From positions 62,847,705 through 62,911,704 of the forward strand of contig NC_068990.1 of the NCBI RefSeq assembly GCF_001194135.2: a DNA stretch of 64,000 bases, in the 5' to 3' direction. The position numbers were made by a program, and so were the translations under genes. Positions 26,488 to 39,048 of this stretch are shown in pieces (positions within the stretch are counted from its first letter, which is position 1; the number at the start of each line of letters is the position of its first letter). The DNA comes from Octopus bimaculoides (Eukaryota). Under the pieces are notes generated by a model. That model did not search any database, had not been told where the DNA came from, and saw nothing but the letters and a program-made list of their open reading frames with translations.

Positions 26488-26833
26488 NNNNNNNNNNNNN
26501 NNNNNNNNNNNNNNNNNNNNNNNNNNNNNNNNNNNNNNNNNNNNNNNNNNNNNNNNNNNNNNNNNNNNNNNNNNNNNNNNNNNNNNNNNNNNNNNNNNNN
26601 NNNNNNNNNNNNNNNNNNNNNNNNNNNNNNNNNNNNNNNNNNNNNNNNNNNNNNNNNNNNNNNNNNNNNNNNNNNNNNNNNNNNNNNNNNNNNNNNNNNN
26701 NNNNNNNNNNNNNNNNNNNNNNNNNNNNNNNNNNNNNNNNNNNNNNNNNNNNNNNNNNNNNNNNNNNNNNNNNNNNNNNNNNNNNNNNNNNNNNNNNNNN
26801 NNNNNNNNNNNNNNNNNNNNNNNNNNNNNNNNN

Positions 26834-26878
<45 letters not shown>

Positions 26879-27182
26879 ATATATATACAAACACACACAT
26901 ACTGTGTGGGTATGTGTTTGGCTGCGTACCTTGAAATTGATGTTATATCACTTTATGCCCAGTAAAATACCATATTGACAATTGACGCTAATGAAAACAT
27001 CAAATAGACGTAAGGAGTAAATATGACCGACTAAATTCTTGAAGTCGGTGCCGCTATTCGGTCTCACTTCCACAACATAATGTTATTTTCTGTACAGAAT
27101 ATTATTCTGTACATAATGTTATTTCCTGTACAAAGTACAGAAAATAACATTATTTCTTTGTTGAAGGACTATTAGAATTATT

Positions 27183-27332
27183 CTTTTCTACTCTAGGCAC
27201 AAGGTCCGAAATTTGGGGGGAGGGGGCTAGTCGATTAGATCGACCCCAGTACGCAACAGTTACTTAATTTATCGACCACAAAAGGATCAAAGGCAAAGTC
27301 GGCCTCGGCGGAATTTGAACTCAGAACATAAA
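27183..27332 (-). mobile_element. 5'-truncated SINE family 1 with 16-bp TSD
   Basis: gactattagaattatt at 27167-27182 and 27333-27348 flanks the SINE 3' part. Confidence 0.85.
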
Positions 27333-27804
27333 GACTATTAGAATTATTGGCGTAAGCAAGGCCAGTGGTTGACACAATCGGTACAGCAACGGGTAATAAA
27401 CCTTACGGTACTTAACTTCTCTGTTCTGGATTCAAATCCAATCTGCCATTTATTTTTCTAGTCAATAATAATAAAAAAATAAATGTTTGTATAACTATAG
27501 AATTCTATTAACTTAACGTATTCGATTTGTTAAACTTTTTTTTCGCAGATATTACTTTTAACTGCCTGTAAGTTTATAGGAATTACAGGGAGTTAAAGGT
27601 AAATTATTCGACCAGATGTTCGAATACCAACCGAAGAGGCAGTAGCACTTATTCTGCATTAGGTTCGCCTCTATTGACTGCTTGCATAAAGAGGAACTCT
27701 AAAACTTTTAAACCCTTCAGCTTGGTGTCAGAATAGTCGCAGCCCAATTACTGAAGCAAGCAAAAGAACACGCGTGACTCTGTGTGTGTATGTGTGTGTA
27801 TATG

Positions 27805-27840
<36 letters not shown>

Positions 27841-27904
27841 TGAGAAAGTTGGTATGTGAAAGCACGTGGTTGGATGTATAAAAGATAATAAGAGTGAAAA
27901 ACTA

Positions 27905-28052
27905 CAGAAGGCTTGTGTTACATGGTTAAAGTATATATTTTAAAATATGTCAGAAAAATGTTATAAAATATTTTTGGTATATAAACAATGTATTTGGAGA
28001 AATTCTGACATAATTTAAATATATACTTTAACCATGTAACACAAGCCTTCTG
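27905..28052. mobile_element. Tc1/mariner-type MITE or hairpin (about 50-bp TIRs)
   Basis: 27905-27955 (cagaaggcttgtgttacatggttaaag...) vs reverse complement of 28003-28052: one indel plus one mismatch; preceded by TA; right end abuts a gap. Confidence 0.6.
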
Positions 28053-28275
28053 NNNNNNNNNNNNNNNNNNNNNNNNNNNNNNNNNNNNNNNNNNNNNNNN
28101 NNNNNNNNNNNNNNNNNNNNNNNNNNNNNNNNNNNNNNNNNNNNNNNNNNNNNNNNNNNNNNNNNNNNNNNNNNNNNNNNNNNNNNNNNNNNNNNNNNNN
28201 NNNNNNNNNNNNNNNNNNNNNNNNNNNNNNNNNNNNNNNNNNNNNNNNNNNNNNNNNNNNNNNNNNNNNNNNNNN

Positions 28276-28319
<44 letters not shown>

Positions 28320-29844
28320 TGTTTGTGTGTGTGTAAGCCACGAAGAATAAATACATTCCACAAGACTTAATCTATAAAATTTTCGGTAATTGCTCTGGTT
28401 GGCGTTCGAGGATCAAATCCGTCGGACCAGGATTAATGAATTAATTGGTGTTTGAATTTTTCTGACGAGCAGTTCTTTTCTTCTGTACGGTTACTTCAAC
28501 ACAGTATCATGCCAGTTGCAATATGAACTACTAATCTAGACAGGAATAAATGTTATTTCACTTCTATGACATGTAAGTGCATAGCGTTGTTAAAATAATT
28601 CAATTAATTTTATTCTAAAGAGAAAAAATAATGACACAAACATTAAACATATGACCTGCTATTAGAAGTTTTAGGTTTTCTTCTTTCTATCAAACTAAAG
28701 CAAATCGTCTTAGCGTGATCTAAGTACTGCTTGGCAATAAAACTGGCTTGGAAAAATTCAATGAAATATGTTGGACTTCTTAGTTTCCAAAAATTCATTT
28801 CACAACAGCCATTTTAATTATATTAAATGTTTCATTTGTTTTAGGAACAACGTTATCCGTTCAAAATTATATTTATATGACGATAATTTTTCTTCATATT
28901 TTACACCACTTTCAAAAACATTGTCTTACACCATTTCATCGAGATCTAATTTTATGAAAACTGAGGCTATACAGCTATTATTTATAAGTCACTGATGTGC
29001 TAATTGTTTCATTTATGCTGTTTGTTTTCACGTCTAGGTATATTATAAACTGAAAAAAAAGTTACGTTAACTTCACCTTAATGCGTAAAATTACAAGAAA
29101 TTAATTGTTTTCACACTAAATTTAATTTCAATAATTGGAAAACAAAATCGTTGACATCATTTTTCATTATTTTAAAGAGAAAGAATCTCCCCCTAATGTA
29201 ACATCTTTAACTTAATCAGAAATAGACCTCTTTCTCCTTAATTTAACACAATTTGCATTGCATTATCTAAGTCGCAGAGACTGGTTTCCTAAATAGGTAA
29301 AACGTTATGCAATAAACTAGGTAAAATATTATGGAAAGAGGAAATTAGAGAATAAACAATTTCTAAAGAAGCCCCAAGCATAATAATTTGTAATTGATGG
29401 TATTTAAACAGCTGTATATTCGGAAAATGGTTTCAATAAAACAATATAATAGCTTAATGACATTTTTGAAAGAGATATATAAAATCCAAACTAAATACAG
29501 TTTCAGGATACAATGAGCATATCAAAAAGAAGTAAACGTAGCCAGTAGAACTCGGACCATGTTGTCATTTAGGAAGGTTTTTATATTAAATGTTTCCCAC
29601 TGGCTGTTGAGAATTATTCTGAAAATTTTGTTCGTAGTTTTTCCGAGATTGTGACATATTCCCTCTAATCTAGAAGTGATGCGGTTCTAACCCTGTCAAA
29701 AATACAAGGTTAAAGGCAGCTCTTAGAATGAAAATCACACCCAGAAAGAGATTTAAAAGCGATAAAACGAGCTGTTGAAACTAGCAACCATCATTTCACT
29801 GTCTACAATAGAAGGGGGAACATTCGATATAAGGTAACAAAATG

Positions 29845-30585
29845 GGTTGAGCACTTCAACAAAGTTGTTGATCAACTTTTCTTCTGTGTGCCTCAGTATT
29901 GAAGCATCACCATATCTTTTGCCGAGTCTCCGTCTTGTATGTCTGAGTATTGTGTCTGTGTGTCTGTGCTTTTATGTTTCTGTAACTCTGTTTATGTATC
30001 TGTATATCTGTGTGTTTATGTGTCTGTGAGTCTATGTTTATGTGTCTGTGAGTCTATATTTATGTGTCTGTGAGTCTATGTTTATGTGTCTGTGAGTCTG
30101 TGTGCTTGCTTGGTGTTTCTGTTCTGGTATTTTTCTTTGGTGATCCTAAGGGTGTAATTGCTTCCGCTTGTTGCACTTGATTGGTCTACTTCATCCTTTG
30201 CTTTTTGTTTCTTCTGTTGAAGCTCCGTTTTAGGCGGTGAATTCCTCCTCTCTCTCTTCCTTGTTTTGACCTCTATGAACTTTTTTTACAGTTCTACGTC
30301 CTGGGTCCTCTTCTCCACGTCCATTTCGCCTTCTTGTGTTTCTGTTTCTGTAGTTTCCATCGCTATTTTCAGATACCCTTTTCTAATGTGGCCCTTCTCT
30401 CCACACTCATGAGAAGTCGCAGGACTCCCCCACCCACCCAACATTACTTCGAGTTTATCCTCATTGGGCAGCTCCAACGTTTCTGGAATTGCTCTGTATT
30501 CGTTCTGATTCGCCATAAAAAATATCTCTAACCCGAACCCCCTTCAATTTATTTGTTGTGTCCGGGTTTTCAATATTACTTTCAC
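29845..30585 (-). mobile_element. Tx1/L1-type ORF1 element, copy B (pseudogenised, 5'-truncated)
   Basis: VKVILKTRTQQIN*RGFGLEIFFMAN...IPETLELPNEDKLEVMLGG...SHECGEKGHIRK, FIEVKTRKR..NSPP; aligns with copy C ILKATRTQKVDYWGYGIE and FTMVKKKRR...SSPP. Confidence 0.7.
30014..30101. repeat. Minisatellite, 4 x 22 bp (gtttatgtgtctgtgagtctat)
   Basis: Four consecutive units with single substitutions, inside copy B. Confidence 0.9.
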
Positions 30586-30709
30586 TTCCTCCGGTTATAT
30601 TCGTTGAAAATTGACAAATATACAATACTTTTATATATTTTTCAAACAAAGCTCACCGAAGAATCCGCAGAATATTTTATTTTATGAAATTAATCGAAAA
30701 CTAGTAAAA

Positions 30710-30749
30710 GGTTAGCACGCCGGGCGAAATGCTTAGCGGTATCCCGTCT
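30710..30749 (+). mobile_element. SINE family 1, left part (interrupted by element C)
   Basis: gttagcacgccgggcgaaatgcttagcggtatcccgtct; the SINE resumes at 32469. Confidence 0.75.
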
Positions 30750-32468
30750 CTGTGAAGTTATTGCGTGAGTCTATGTTGAACTGTTTATTGAATTGTCGCC
30801 ATTGTTGATTGAATTGTTTTTTGAATTGTTGCCGTTGTTGATTCTTTAATTGTTGTTTTGTTTCCCATTTTGGGAAAATGGAGAGGGAGCCGGAGGCAGG
30901 CCCAAGTTATGCGGCCGCAACGGGCAAAGGAGTACACACGCGAGAGTTGGAGGTTCGCGAGATAAAAGTGGAACCTAGAAAGATGAAGGAGAGTGAGAAA
31001 TTAATCAGAAAGGAAGGAAACATTTTGAAGCTGACACCGCCTGAAGAGCTATCGGCCAACGTGACAAAAAGAACGTTTACATTTAAAAACCATGAAGGCA
31101 GTCACGAGAAAGATAGAAATAGCACCAATTGAGGCCATAAAGGAACGTGTTAAGAATATAAAAAGATTCACAACATACATTACGAGAGGGAGAAGATATT
31201 CCACTGTGGAGGTGCGCTTCACAACGGAGGAGAAAGCAATAAAGCACTCCACAGAGGCAATAAGGACAAACGAATTGGGTGCTCTTTCCTTCGTACTGCG
31301 GCAAACGTGTGTCCAAGGTACGAGTGGGTAAGGTGCCACCCGAATTAAATGAAGAATGGCTGATGACAGCCATAATATATAATATGAAAAACGGGAAGAT
31401 ACTAAAGGCTACAAGGACCCAGAAGGTAGATTACTGGGGATATGGGATCGAATTAACGATTCAGGCAACAACGGAGGACTTGAATAGTGTGGTGAAAGAG
31501 ATTGTGCTGCCAGAAGATGTGAGACTGAGAGATACTGTGGAGAGAAGGCCGCCAGTGTGTTTCACATGTGGAGAAAGGGGTAACATGAAGGCGTGGTGCA
31601 CCCAAAGAAAGCCACAAACAGAACAGGAGGAGAGACAGGAGAGTGTGGACCAGGTTGTACAGGACAAGGCAACAGAAAAAGAAACAGAAAAAGAAGCGGA
31701 GAAGAGATTCACTATGGTTAAAAAGAAAAGAAGGAGGAGCGGAGGAATGAGTTCTCCGCCAGAGAAGCAGAAAAAGAAGAGAGGAGAGGTGATAAAAGAA
31801 ACTGTGAAGGAGAACAGTAGGAAGGAAAAAAGAAAGTAAAAAGAAAGTGGAGTTACCAGTGGAGAAAGTGTCGGAAACTCAACTGTATGAAGGTGAGATG
31901 GAGAGACTATTTATGGAGGAAGAAAAGAGAGAACCAAAAATCCGAGTGAAAAGAAAGAAGATACGAGGAGGAGAAGGAATATGGTATTGTGTGACGTACT
32001 GAAAAAATATTGAAACTGAGAAAAAAATAATCAAGTTTCATTCAATAGTAAGAGTCAAGGTGCCTTCATACATCTACGCGGAGGATATGAAGGCAGTATT
32101 GATTGAAGAGGAAAACTACAGAAAATTGAAAGAGATGTGTGGAGATAACGTTGACTCGCCAGGAGTGGAGGTGAAATTTAAAGAGTTGCCACCAATGGTG
32201 AATTTAAGAGATATCGAACCACTAATGAAGTTCTACTAAACACAAAAAAAAAGTATGAAATTAAAGAACAATTGTAAATAGTACATATAACGGTTCAAAT
32301 GGTACTGCATGGGAGTGGGGCCCATGCGTCCATTTTCATATTTTTATTTTTATATAACTTTCATTTCATTTACATTCGTTTTATGTATGTTTTTTGTCCC
32401 CACTGTGGTCTTGTCTGTCCCTGTGGTGCCACCATGTGTGTTTGGAGCTTTATGCCTAATAAAGAAAT
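30750..32468 (+). mobile_element. Apparently full-length ORF1-only Tx1/L1-type retroelement, copy C (about 1.72 kb)
   Basis: 5'UTR with a tandem duplication; ATG at 30878 (MEREPEAGPSYAAA); RRM-like YSTVEVRFTTEEKAIK and KVRVGKVPPEL; knuckle CFTCGERGNMKAWC; C-terminal EKKIIKFHSIVRVKVP...KAVLIEEENYRKLKEMCGDNV to stop 32237-32239 (several frameshifts/stops); 3'UTR with hairpin 32307-32327 and AATAAA; no EN/RT. Confidence 0.78.
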
Positions 32469-32630
32469 CGACATTTCGTCTATCTTTATGCTCTGAGTTC
32501 AAATTCCGCCAAGGTCGACTTTGCCTTTCAGGGTCGATAAATTAAGTACCAGTTGTGTACTGGGGTCGATCTAATTGACTGCCCCGACTCCGCAAAAATT
32601 TCGGGCCTTGTGCCTAGAGTAGTAAAGAAT
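32469..32630 (+). mobile_element. SINE family 1, right part (continuation of 30710-30749)
   Basis: cgacatttcgtctatctttatgctctgagttcaaattccgcc...cctagagtagtaaagaat. Confidence 0.85.
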
Positions 32631-32698
32631 CCAAATCTAGTAAGGAGTCCAGTCATTATAACGTCGGATAAAAAGCTTGTAATATTTGTTCTAACTCC

Positions 32699-32821
32699 GA
32701 GTTCGACTTTGCCTTTCAACCTTTCGGGATCGATGGATTAAGTACCAGTTGCGTACTGGGTTGATCTAATCGACTGGACCCCTCCCCCAAAATTTCGGGC
32801 CTTGTGCCTAGAGTAGAAAGG
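32699..32821 (+). mobile_element. 5'-truncated SINE family 1 with 18-bp TSD
   Basis: aatatttgttctaactcc at 32681-32698 and 32822-32839. Confidence 0.88.
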
Positions 32822-33144
32822 AATATTTGTTCTAACTCCTTCCACAGTGAGTTCAAATGCTGCCGAGTTCAATTTGGCTTTGATCTTTTCGATAAATAAC
32901 GTATTAATGCTTGGGCTGATCCTTCATTGTTTCGCTGGAAGAAATTGGCAGTGGTTAGATCTAAAGAGAAATGAGTTGCGCGAAACCAAAATCTCCCAAG
33001 ACATGTTGCGTTCAATTACGACGCCCATACGACGGTAGCCCAAGGGAGAAACTAATAGTGATATCGTAGTAAGATTGAAACAGTCGTCAATGAGAGTAGT
33101 TGAACTTAGGTTGAGATTTACTAGATATACTTTTGATGCAATTT

Positions 33145-33358
33145 GGTTACGAATTTTAGCACAAGGCCAGCAATTTTAGGGAGGCCGTAAGCTAATTACA
33201 TTGAACTCAGTACTCAACTGGTACTTATTTCATCGACCCCGAAAGGATGAGAAGCAAAATCAACACCGGCAGAATTTGAACTGAGAACGTGAAGACGGAT
33301 GAAATGCTGCTAAGCATTTTACCCGCCGTGCTAACGATTCTTTTCAGCTCGCCACCTT
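33145..33358 (-). mobile_element. SINE family 1 copy (full length)
   Basis: Ends cagctcgccacctt (reverse complement of head); complete body. Confidence 0.85.
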
Positions 33359-34358
33359 GATACGACGAATAATATAAAAACAACAACAAATAGAATTTGT
33401 GAATTGATTATGAAAAGATATCACATGACTGATACGTTTTGTTAATCGTTTATCTCCATTTGCAAGCAGTATCGTTTATTCTTTGCTCGACATTTTCTTA
33501 CATTACTATATATATATATACCGGCCCTTCATTCTTTTCCGACCCCATCTATATAACACTTCAACACTACACAAGCATTCAAGTTTCTGAAAACTGTTTT
33601 TTTACCGCTCCATACAATATAAAACATTCTACAACAAATGAATAATAACTCCATACAATATTTTAAAGAACACCTAAAACACAAAGCTATATTTTGATGA
33701 TATCCAGCCAATATTCCAACTCTTGTCTTCAATGTATCCTATTTACTAATCGTTAATGAAGGAGGAGTGCGGAGCCAGAAAGACCCTACTGAAGAACTCG
33801 ACTAAATAATGAATGATGAGAAAATATATTTCTCCAACGAGCTGATTATGAAAGCTGATAGCCTGAACTTCTGTTCTACTGTAAAGTCTTTGATTGTTCA
33901 TTATCATTCTCTCTCTCCCTCTCATTCTTCCCGCCTCTTCTCCCCACCTCTCTTTCTCTCTCTCTATCTCTCTCTCTCTCTCTTTATTTCTTTCTCTCTC
34001 CTTGACTTGTGAAGACTATATTAATAAGAGTTGAATGCGTCTGTAAAAGTTTTAAAAGGCGAACAATATTAAAGAATTTGAAGAATGTCTGAATGACGAC
34101 TGAGAGGCAAAAGGAGCAAAGAATATTGGAGTAGTCTATGTCCACATCATTAGCTTTCAGAAAGAAAATGATTAGAATCAAGTCTGGAGGTGGACCTAGC
34201 AAAAGTCTGAAACTGTACGATTCTGCTTTGATCTAATAACCCTTCGTAATCAACTCCATCAATTATTTTGTCAGTTTCATTGTTGATTTTCTACTTTCTC
34301 CACCATACTTCAAACTAAGCTAGTACACTAACATCTTCCTCCAGCAACCGACTACTTT

Positions 34359-34394
<36 letters not shown>

Positions 34395-34950
34395 CATACA
34401 CACATGTATATGTAAATACATACATATGTACATACATGCACACACACACACATATTATACACACACACACACATATGTAAGTGTGTGTGTGTGTGTGCTT
34501 AAATATTCTCAGTTTGTTCAGCCAAACTGCCTGTTTGACTTTGACTATATCTTCTTGTTAGTCTGTTTTTATGTAACGTTCAACCTAAATCTTCGCTGGA
34601 TTATCTTTCTGATTACTCGTCCATGTTTTTTTCTTATTTTCTATTTCTATCCGTGAATCTCCATGTTTGTCTGCTTTCCTGTCTGTTTCTACACGCATTT
34701 CTACATATGTTTACATATCCATCTATTTAAACAAATGCGTATCCGCAAATCGGCCCATCTATTTTTTTTTTTTTTTTTTTTTTTTTTTTNNNNNNNNNNN
34801 NNNNNNNNNNNNNNNNNNNNNNNNNNNNNNNNNNNNNNNNNNNNNNNNNNNNNNNNNNNNNNNNNNNNNNNNNNNNNNNNNNNNNNNNNNNNNNNNNNNN
34901 NNNNNNNNNNNNNNNNNNNNNNNNNNNNNNNNNNNNNNNNNNNNNNNNNN

Positions 34951-35001
<51 letters not shown>

Positions 35002-35394
35002 ATATATATTCGTGGGAGGGCGTCTCTAAGTAATTTCTGTAATCAATTTATACTCAAAAACAAGCATTGACACCCTTTTTCGAGAAGCGGCTCGCATAAG
35101 ACGTGACTCAGCATCAGGTGGGTCGCACAGCCAAATATATTTACGGTAATCTTTCGGAAGCGCTCCATTTAGATATTCCCGCGGTTTGCCCACGACAGTT
35201 CTAGAATCTGCCAATTTTTTCTACGCCAAATGTTGTAAAATATTGTACACTAATTTGTTGATTCGTTCATCATTTTCCCACCAAATATAGTGAAGCAAAT
35301 GCTCCTGTGAGGAACTTATATTGCCCGAAACATGCTCGTCGATGTTGAAATAATTAACATAATAATAATATAATATATGACATAATAATAATAT

Positions 35395-35680
35395 TGTTGG
35401 CACTCCGTCGCTTACGACGTCGAGGGTTCCCTTAACGTAGTTCTCGGGGATATTCAGCATGACACAGTGTGACAAGGCTGACCCTTTGAATTACAGGCAC
35501 AACAGAAACAGGAAGTAAGATTGAGAGAAAGTTGTGGTGAAAGAGTACAGCAGGGTTCGCCATCATCCCCTGTCGGAGCCTCGTGGAGCTTTAGGTGTTT
35601 TCGCTCAATAAACACTCACAACGCCCGGTCTGGGAATCGAAACCGCGAGTCCGCTGCCCTAACCACTGGGCCATTGCGCC
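35395..35680 (-). mobile_element. SINE family 3 copy, followed by (AAT)n
   Basis: Reverse complement head ggcgcaatggcccagtggttagggcagcggactcgcggtttcgattcccagac (tRNA A/B boxes); body shared with 21253-21501. Confidence 0.8.
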
Positions 35681-35693
35681 TCCTCCTCCTCCC

Positions 35694-35744
<51 letters not shown>

Positions 35745-37047
35745 TCATCGACTAATGTTTTCCTCATTGAATGCATTTTTACGCCATCTTAGGCGTTTAG
35801 GCATCCTGTGTCAATCTGTTTATCTACCTGTCAATCAAACTTTTTGTCTACCTATCAACCTTCCTACCTGTCTATCTAACTATCTGCCTGACTGTCTGTC
35901 TGTTTACCTGTTTGTCTGTCTAAACCCTCATTTATTTCGCTGCTTTTCAGTTTTGTATTTCTCTTTTTCCTAATGTATCAGTTGAGTTCATTGGTCTGTG
36001 CAATCATCTAAGACCTTTTTTTTCTTTTCTTTTTTAAAACATTTATCCATTTTTCATTTTCGTTTTCTTATGTAATTTCTCTCTTTTCTTTTACTGCTTG
36101 CTTTTTCTCGTTTTTCCTTTCTCCCACACCTGTTTCTCCATCAACAGACCATTATTTGCATAATTCTAGAAGCAATTGCTAATATTCAGATTTACTTTCC
36201 AAACCACGTTTTTTAAGATTATTTCTTACATTTGCACAATATTCGAAAGTAAAGAGGTGTAGAGGACTGCCTCTACAATATTTTTTTACTTATACCTATT
36301 TTCTCCACACCGGCGAGGAAAGAAGCACTGTCAAATTTTATAAGATTAGAGTTGTAACTTCCAGACACTTTCACTGACGTTCTTGTACCACGAAGTCTTA
36401 TATTTTAGGGGATTTAGTAAAGAGAAGAGTGAAGTTTGAGCCTTATAAAAGACTATGCGACGTTTTTGCACAGCCATTTTGGGCCCTGCATATTTGTTGT
36501 TGTTTATTCAACATCAGAAACCTTTGTTCTTGCTACCTTGTAGCGCCGTGAAAATATCTTCAATGTTCTAGGTGACAATTAATGTTTTATAACACCAACT
36601 AAACTAATGGAATTCTAAATTTCAATTAACTTTCTGCTTCACTTTATATATCAGATGGCTTGTGAAAGTGATCATGTCGATTGCTGTTCTGTAGGAACCG
36701 ACGTTACTGCCATTTTAACCCCAGGAGGCTGCTTCTTCCAACTGGTTATTCGATGCAATCTGTACCCGATTTATAGTGCAAGCAGGGGAGAGACCACCAT
36801 AACGTACGTATTCGACCTCTTTGTGACCATCCTCGGTAATAGATACTCGTCTGCTAACTAGTTAATTTGCTTGTTGCAAGATCAGTGACTGTATGTCATT
36901 TTCTATATATCGCGAGCTGGAGTGAACTTTTGATATCTACAGAACAGCCATGTTTAAGTGGTGACAGACATTACTTGTCGGTATAATTACTGCTTTCATC
37001 TCTTATACAAATTTTTTAACTAGCTAATTTGCTAATTGTACTATCCA

Positions 37048-37092
<45 letters not shown>

Positions 37093-38239
37093 ATCTATCT
37101 ATCTTTCTATCTATCTATCTTTCTATCTATCTATCAATCAATCTAGCTATCTTTCTTTCTGTCTGTCTGTCTGTTTGTCTGTCTATCTTTCTTTGTTTCT
37201 GTGTATCTATAGAATTGTGCATATTTCTCAGCGCGCATGCGTGCGTCTGTGTATTTGCTTCTAGTGTCAAAATGTACTATCACCAAAACTGGTTCAATCA
37301 AGTCAACCGCGATTAGTTGCTGGCGTCCAAACAGCCACGCCCGGTCATCTCCTTCCATTTATAAAATGTCATTTAGATCGTCAATGAAGTGAAATATTTT
37401 CGAAAGGGAATAAAATCACAATATTTCTTTTCGGAAACAGCTTACCTCTACTCTATGCTCTCAAAAATATAATTTGTTCGGAAACAGAGCACTAAAATAT
37501 ATATTTACATACTGGTATATCAAGGAGTATAATAGAACGAATCGATTAATTATAACCCTAGTATTAATTCTAACAACTTTGAAAAGTACGGTTGACGTTG
37601 TATTTTGACCGTCAACATACAGAAATTGATGTGGATCTCAGAGAACATAACTCTTCTTTAACATTGTATTTCGGTGTAAATTTTTATTCATATTCAAATA
37701 CAAGTTGGTTCTTGTTCAACAGTATGTTTTCCTAACCATACTTCGTACTTGTTATTTGTGCACATACTATTTATGTCCAATCCTTATTTTAAACTTTATG
37801 TTTTTTCTCCGTTTTTACATCTTCTATGTCGTTTGTTAACATGTTTTTCTTTCCATATACACATTAGCTGTAGTTTGTGCACATAATTTTCTCACCTTAC
37901 AATTGTGTGAGCTTATCAACATGTTTTTCAATTCAAACATCTTCTGTGTGTTTTATCTCCTTTATTTGTTTCCCTATACACATTGTGAAGTATTTTTGCC
38001 ACATACACATGTCTCAGTCTATTAATCGTATAAGAGATACTTATGGTTTCTTTCTCTGGTAAACTTTTACTTGCTTTATAATTGTTCTTGGATCTTTTTC
38101 TTTTTTCTATGTGTGTGCGTGTGTGTGTTTACACTTACATAACGTGAAAAGGTTTCAGCAAATAGAAAAAGCACTCGATCAGCTGAGTGAAGATATGTAC
38201 GTACGTATGTATGTATGTGTGTATGTATGTATGTATGTG

Positions 38240-38982
38240 TTGGTGAACTGTCATCACCGTTGGAGAGCACAATGGTTAAAGTTGTTCGTGAGAAAAAGTT
38301 AGGGCTCAAAGCCATATGACAACTGTAAAGGCTGCAAGACATGGCATGGATAGCTGCAATGGAGACTAGGAAGCCATTGCCAGCCGGAAGGGATACAGCA
38401 GGTGTTCTGACTGCGTCTGCACGCCGGAGATCGTCCCTACATCCTTGAACAGGTCCCTCAGGCTCAATTCAGATGAATATTTAAAACTGCAGGAGACTGT
38501 GTCCAACCTCTGGCTGCAGAGGGTTGCTGCTGGAAGGCCATATGTGCAGTAGCAGGATTTGGGTCCTTGCAATACCCCCGGAAAAAGTCAGTAGAGGTTG
38601 CCAGAGTATTTATACGACTTGACCAGCCCCAATTTCTGGCCTCTTAAATCCCACCGAATGTGATCCCATGGATAATTATGTGTGGGGTGCAGTTGAGAAA
38701 GGAACCGACACTCTGCCTGCAAGGCCTAGGCTGTACTGGTGTCCAAGATAAAGTAGGTGTTCTAAAATATTCTCAGAGATACAGTGAGAAATACATATAC
38801 CTGCTACTGGTGCCATCTTGAGGTCATAGTAGATGCTGAGGGTGGCAGCTTTAAACTACTATCTTCTATCCATAATCAAGTTGATATTTAAAAAAAATTT
38901 TTTAATAATTTATTATTGAGTGAGATATTGTGTTCTATTTGGTTTTTATGCAAACTATCAAATTTAACGCGAACAGCCCGTA
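38240..38982 (+). mobile_element. DD37D (maT-type) Tc1/mariner relic
   Basis: LRLNSDEYLKL...WLQRVAAGRPYV, QD(38556)LGPC...FWPLKS.ECDPMD(38671)NYVWGAVEK with 37 residues between the aspartates after one frameshift; LEVIVDAEGGSF C-terminus; TIR-like end aacgcgaacagcccgta. Confidence 0.8.
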
Positions 38983-39017
38983 TATATGGAGAGTTACATA
39001 TGGATACATATGGATAC

Positions 39018-39048
<31 letters not shown>

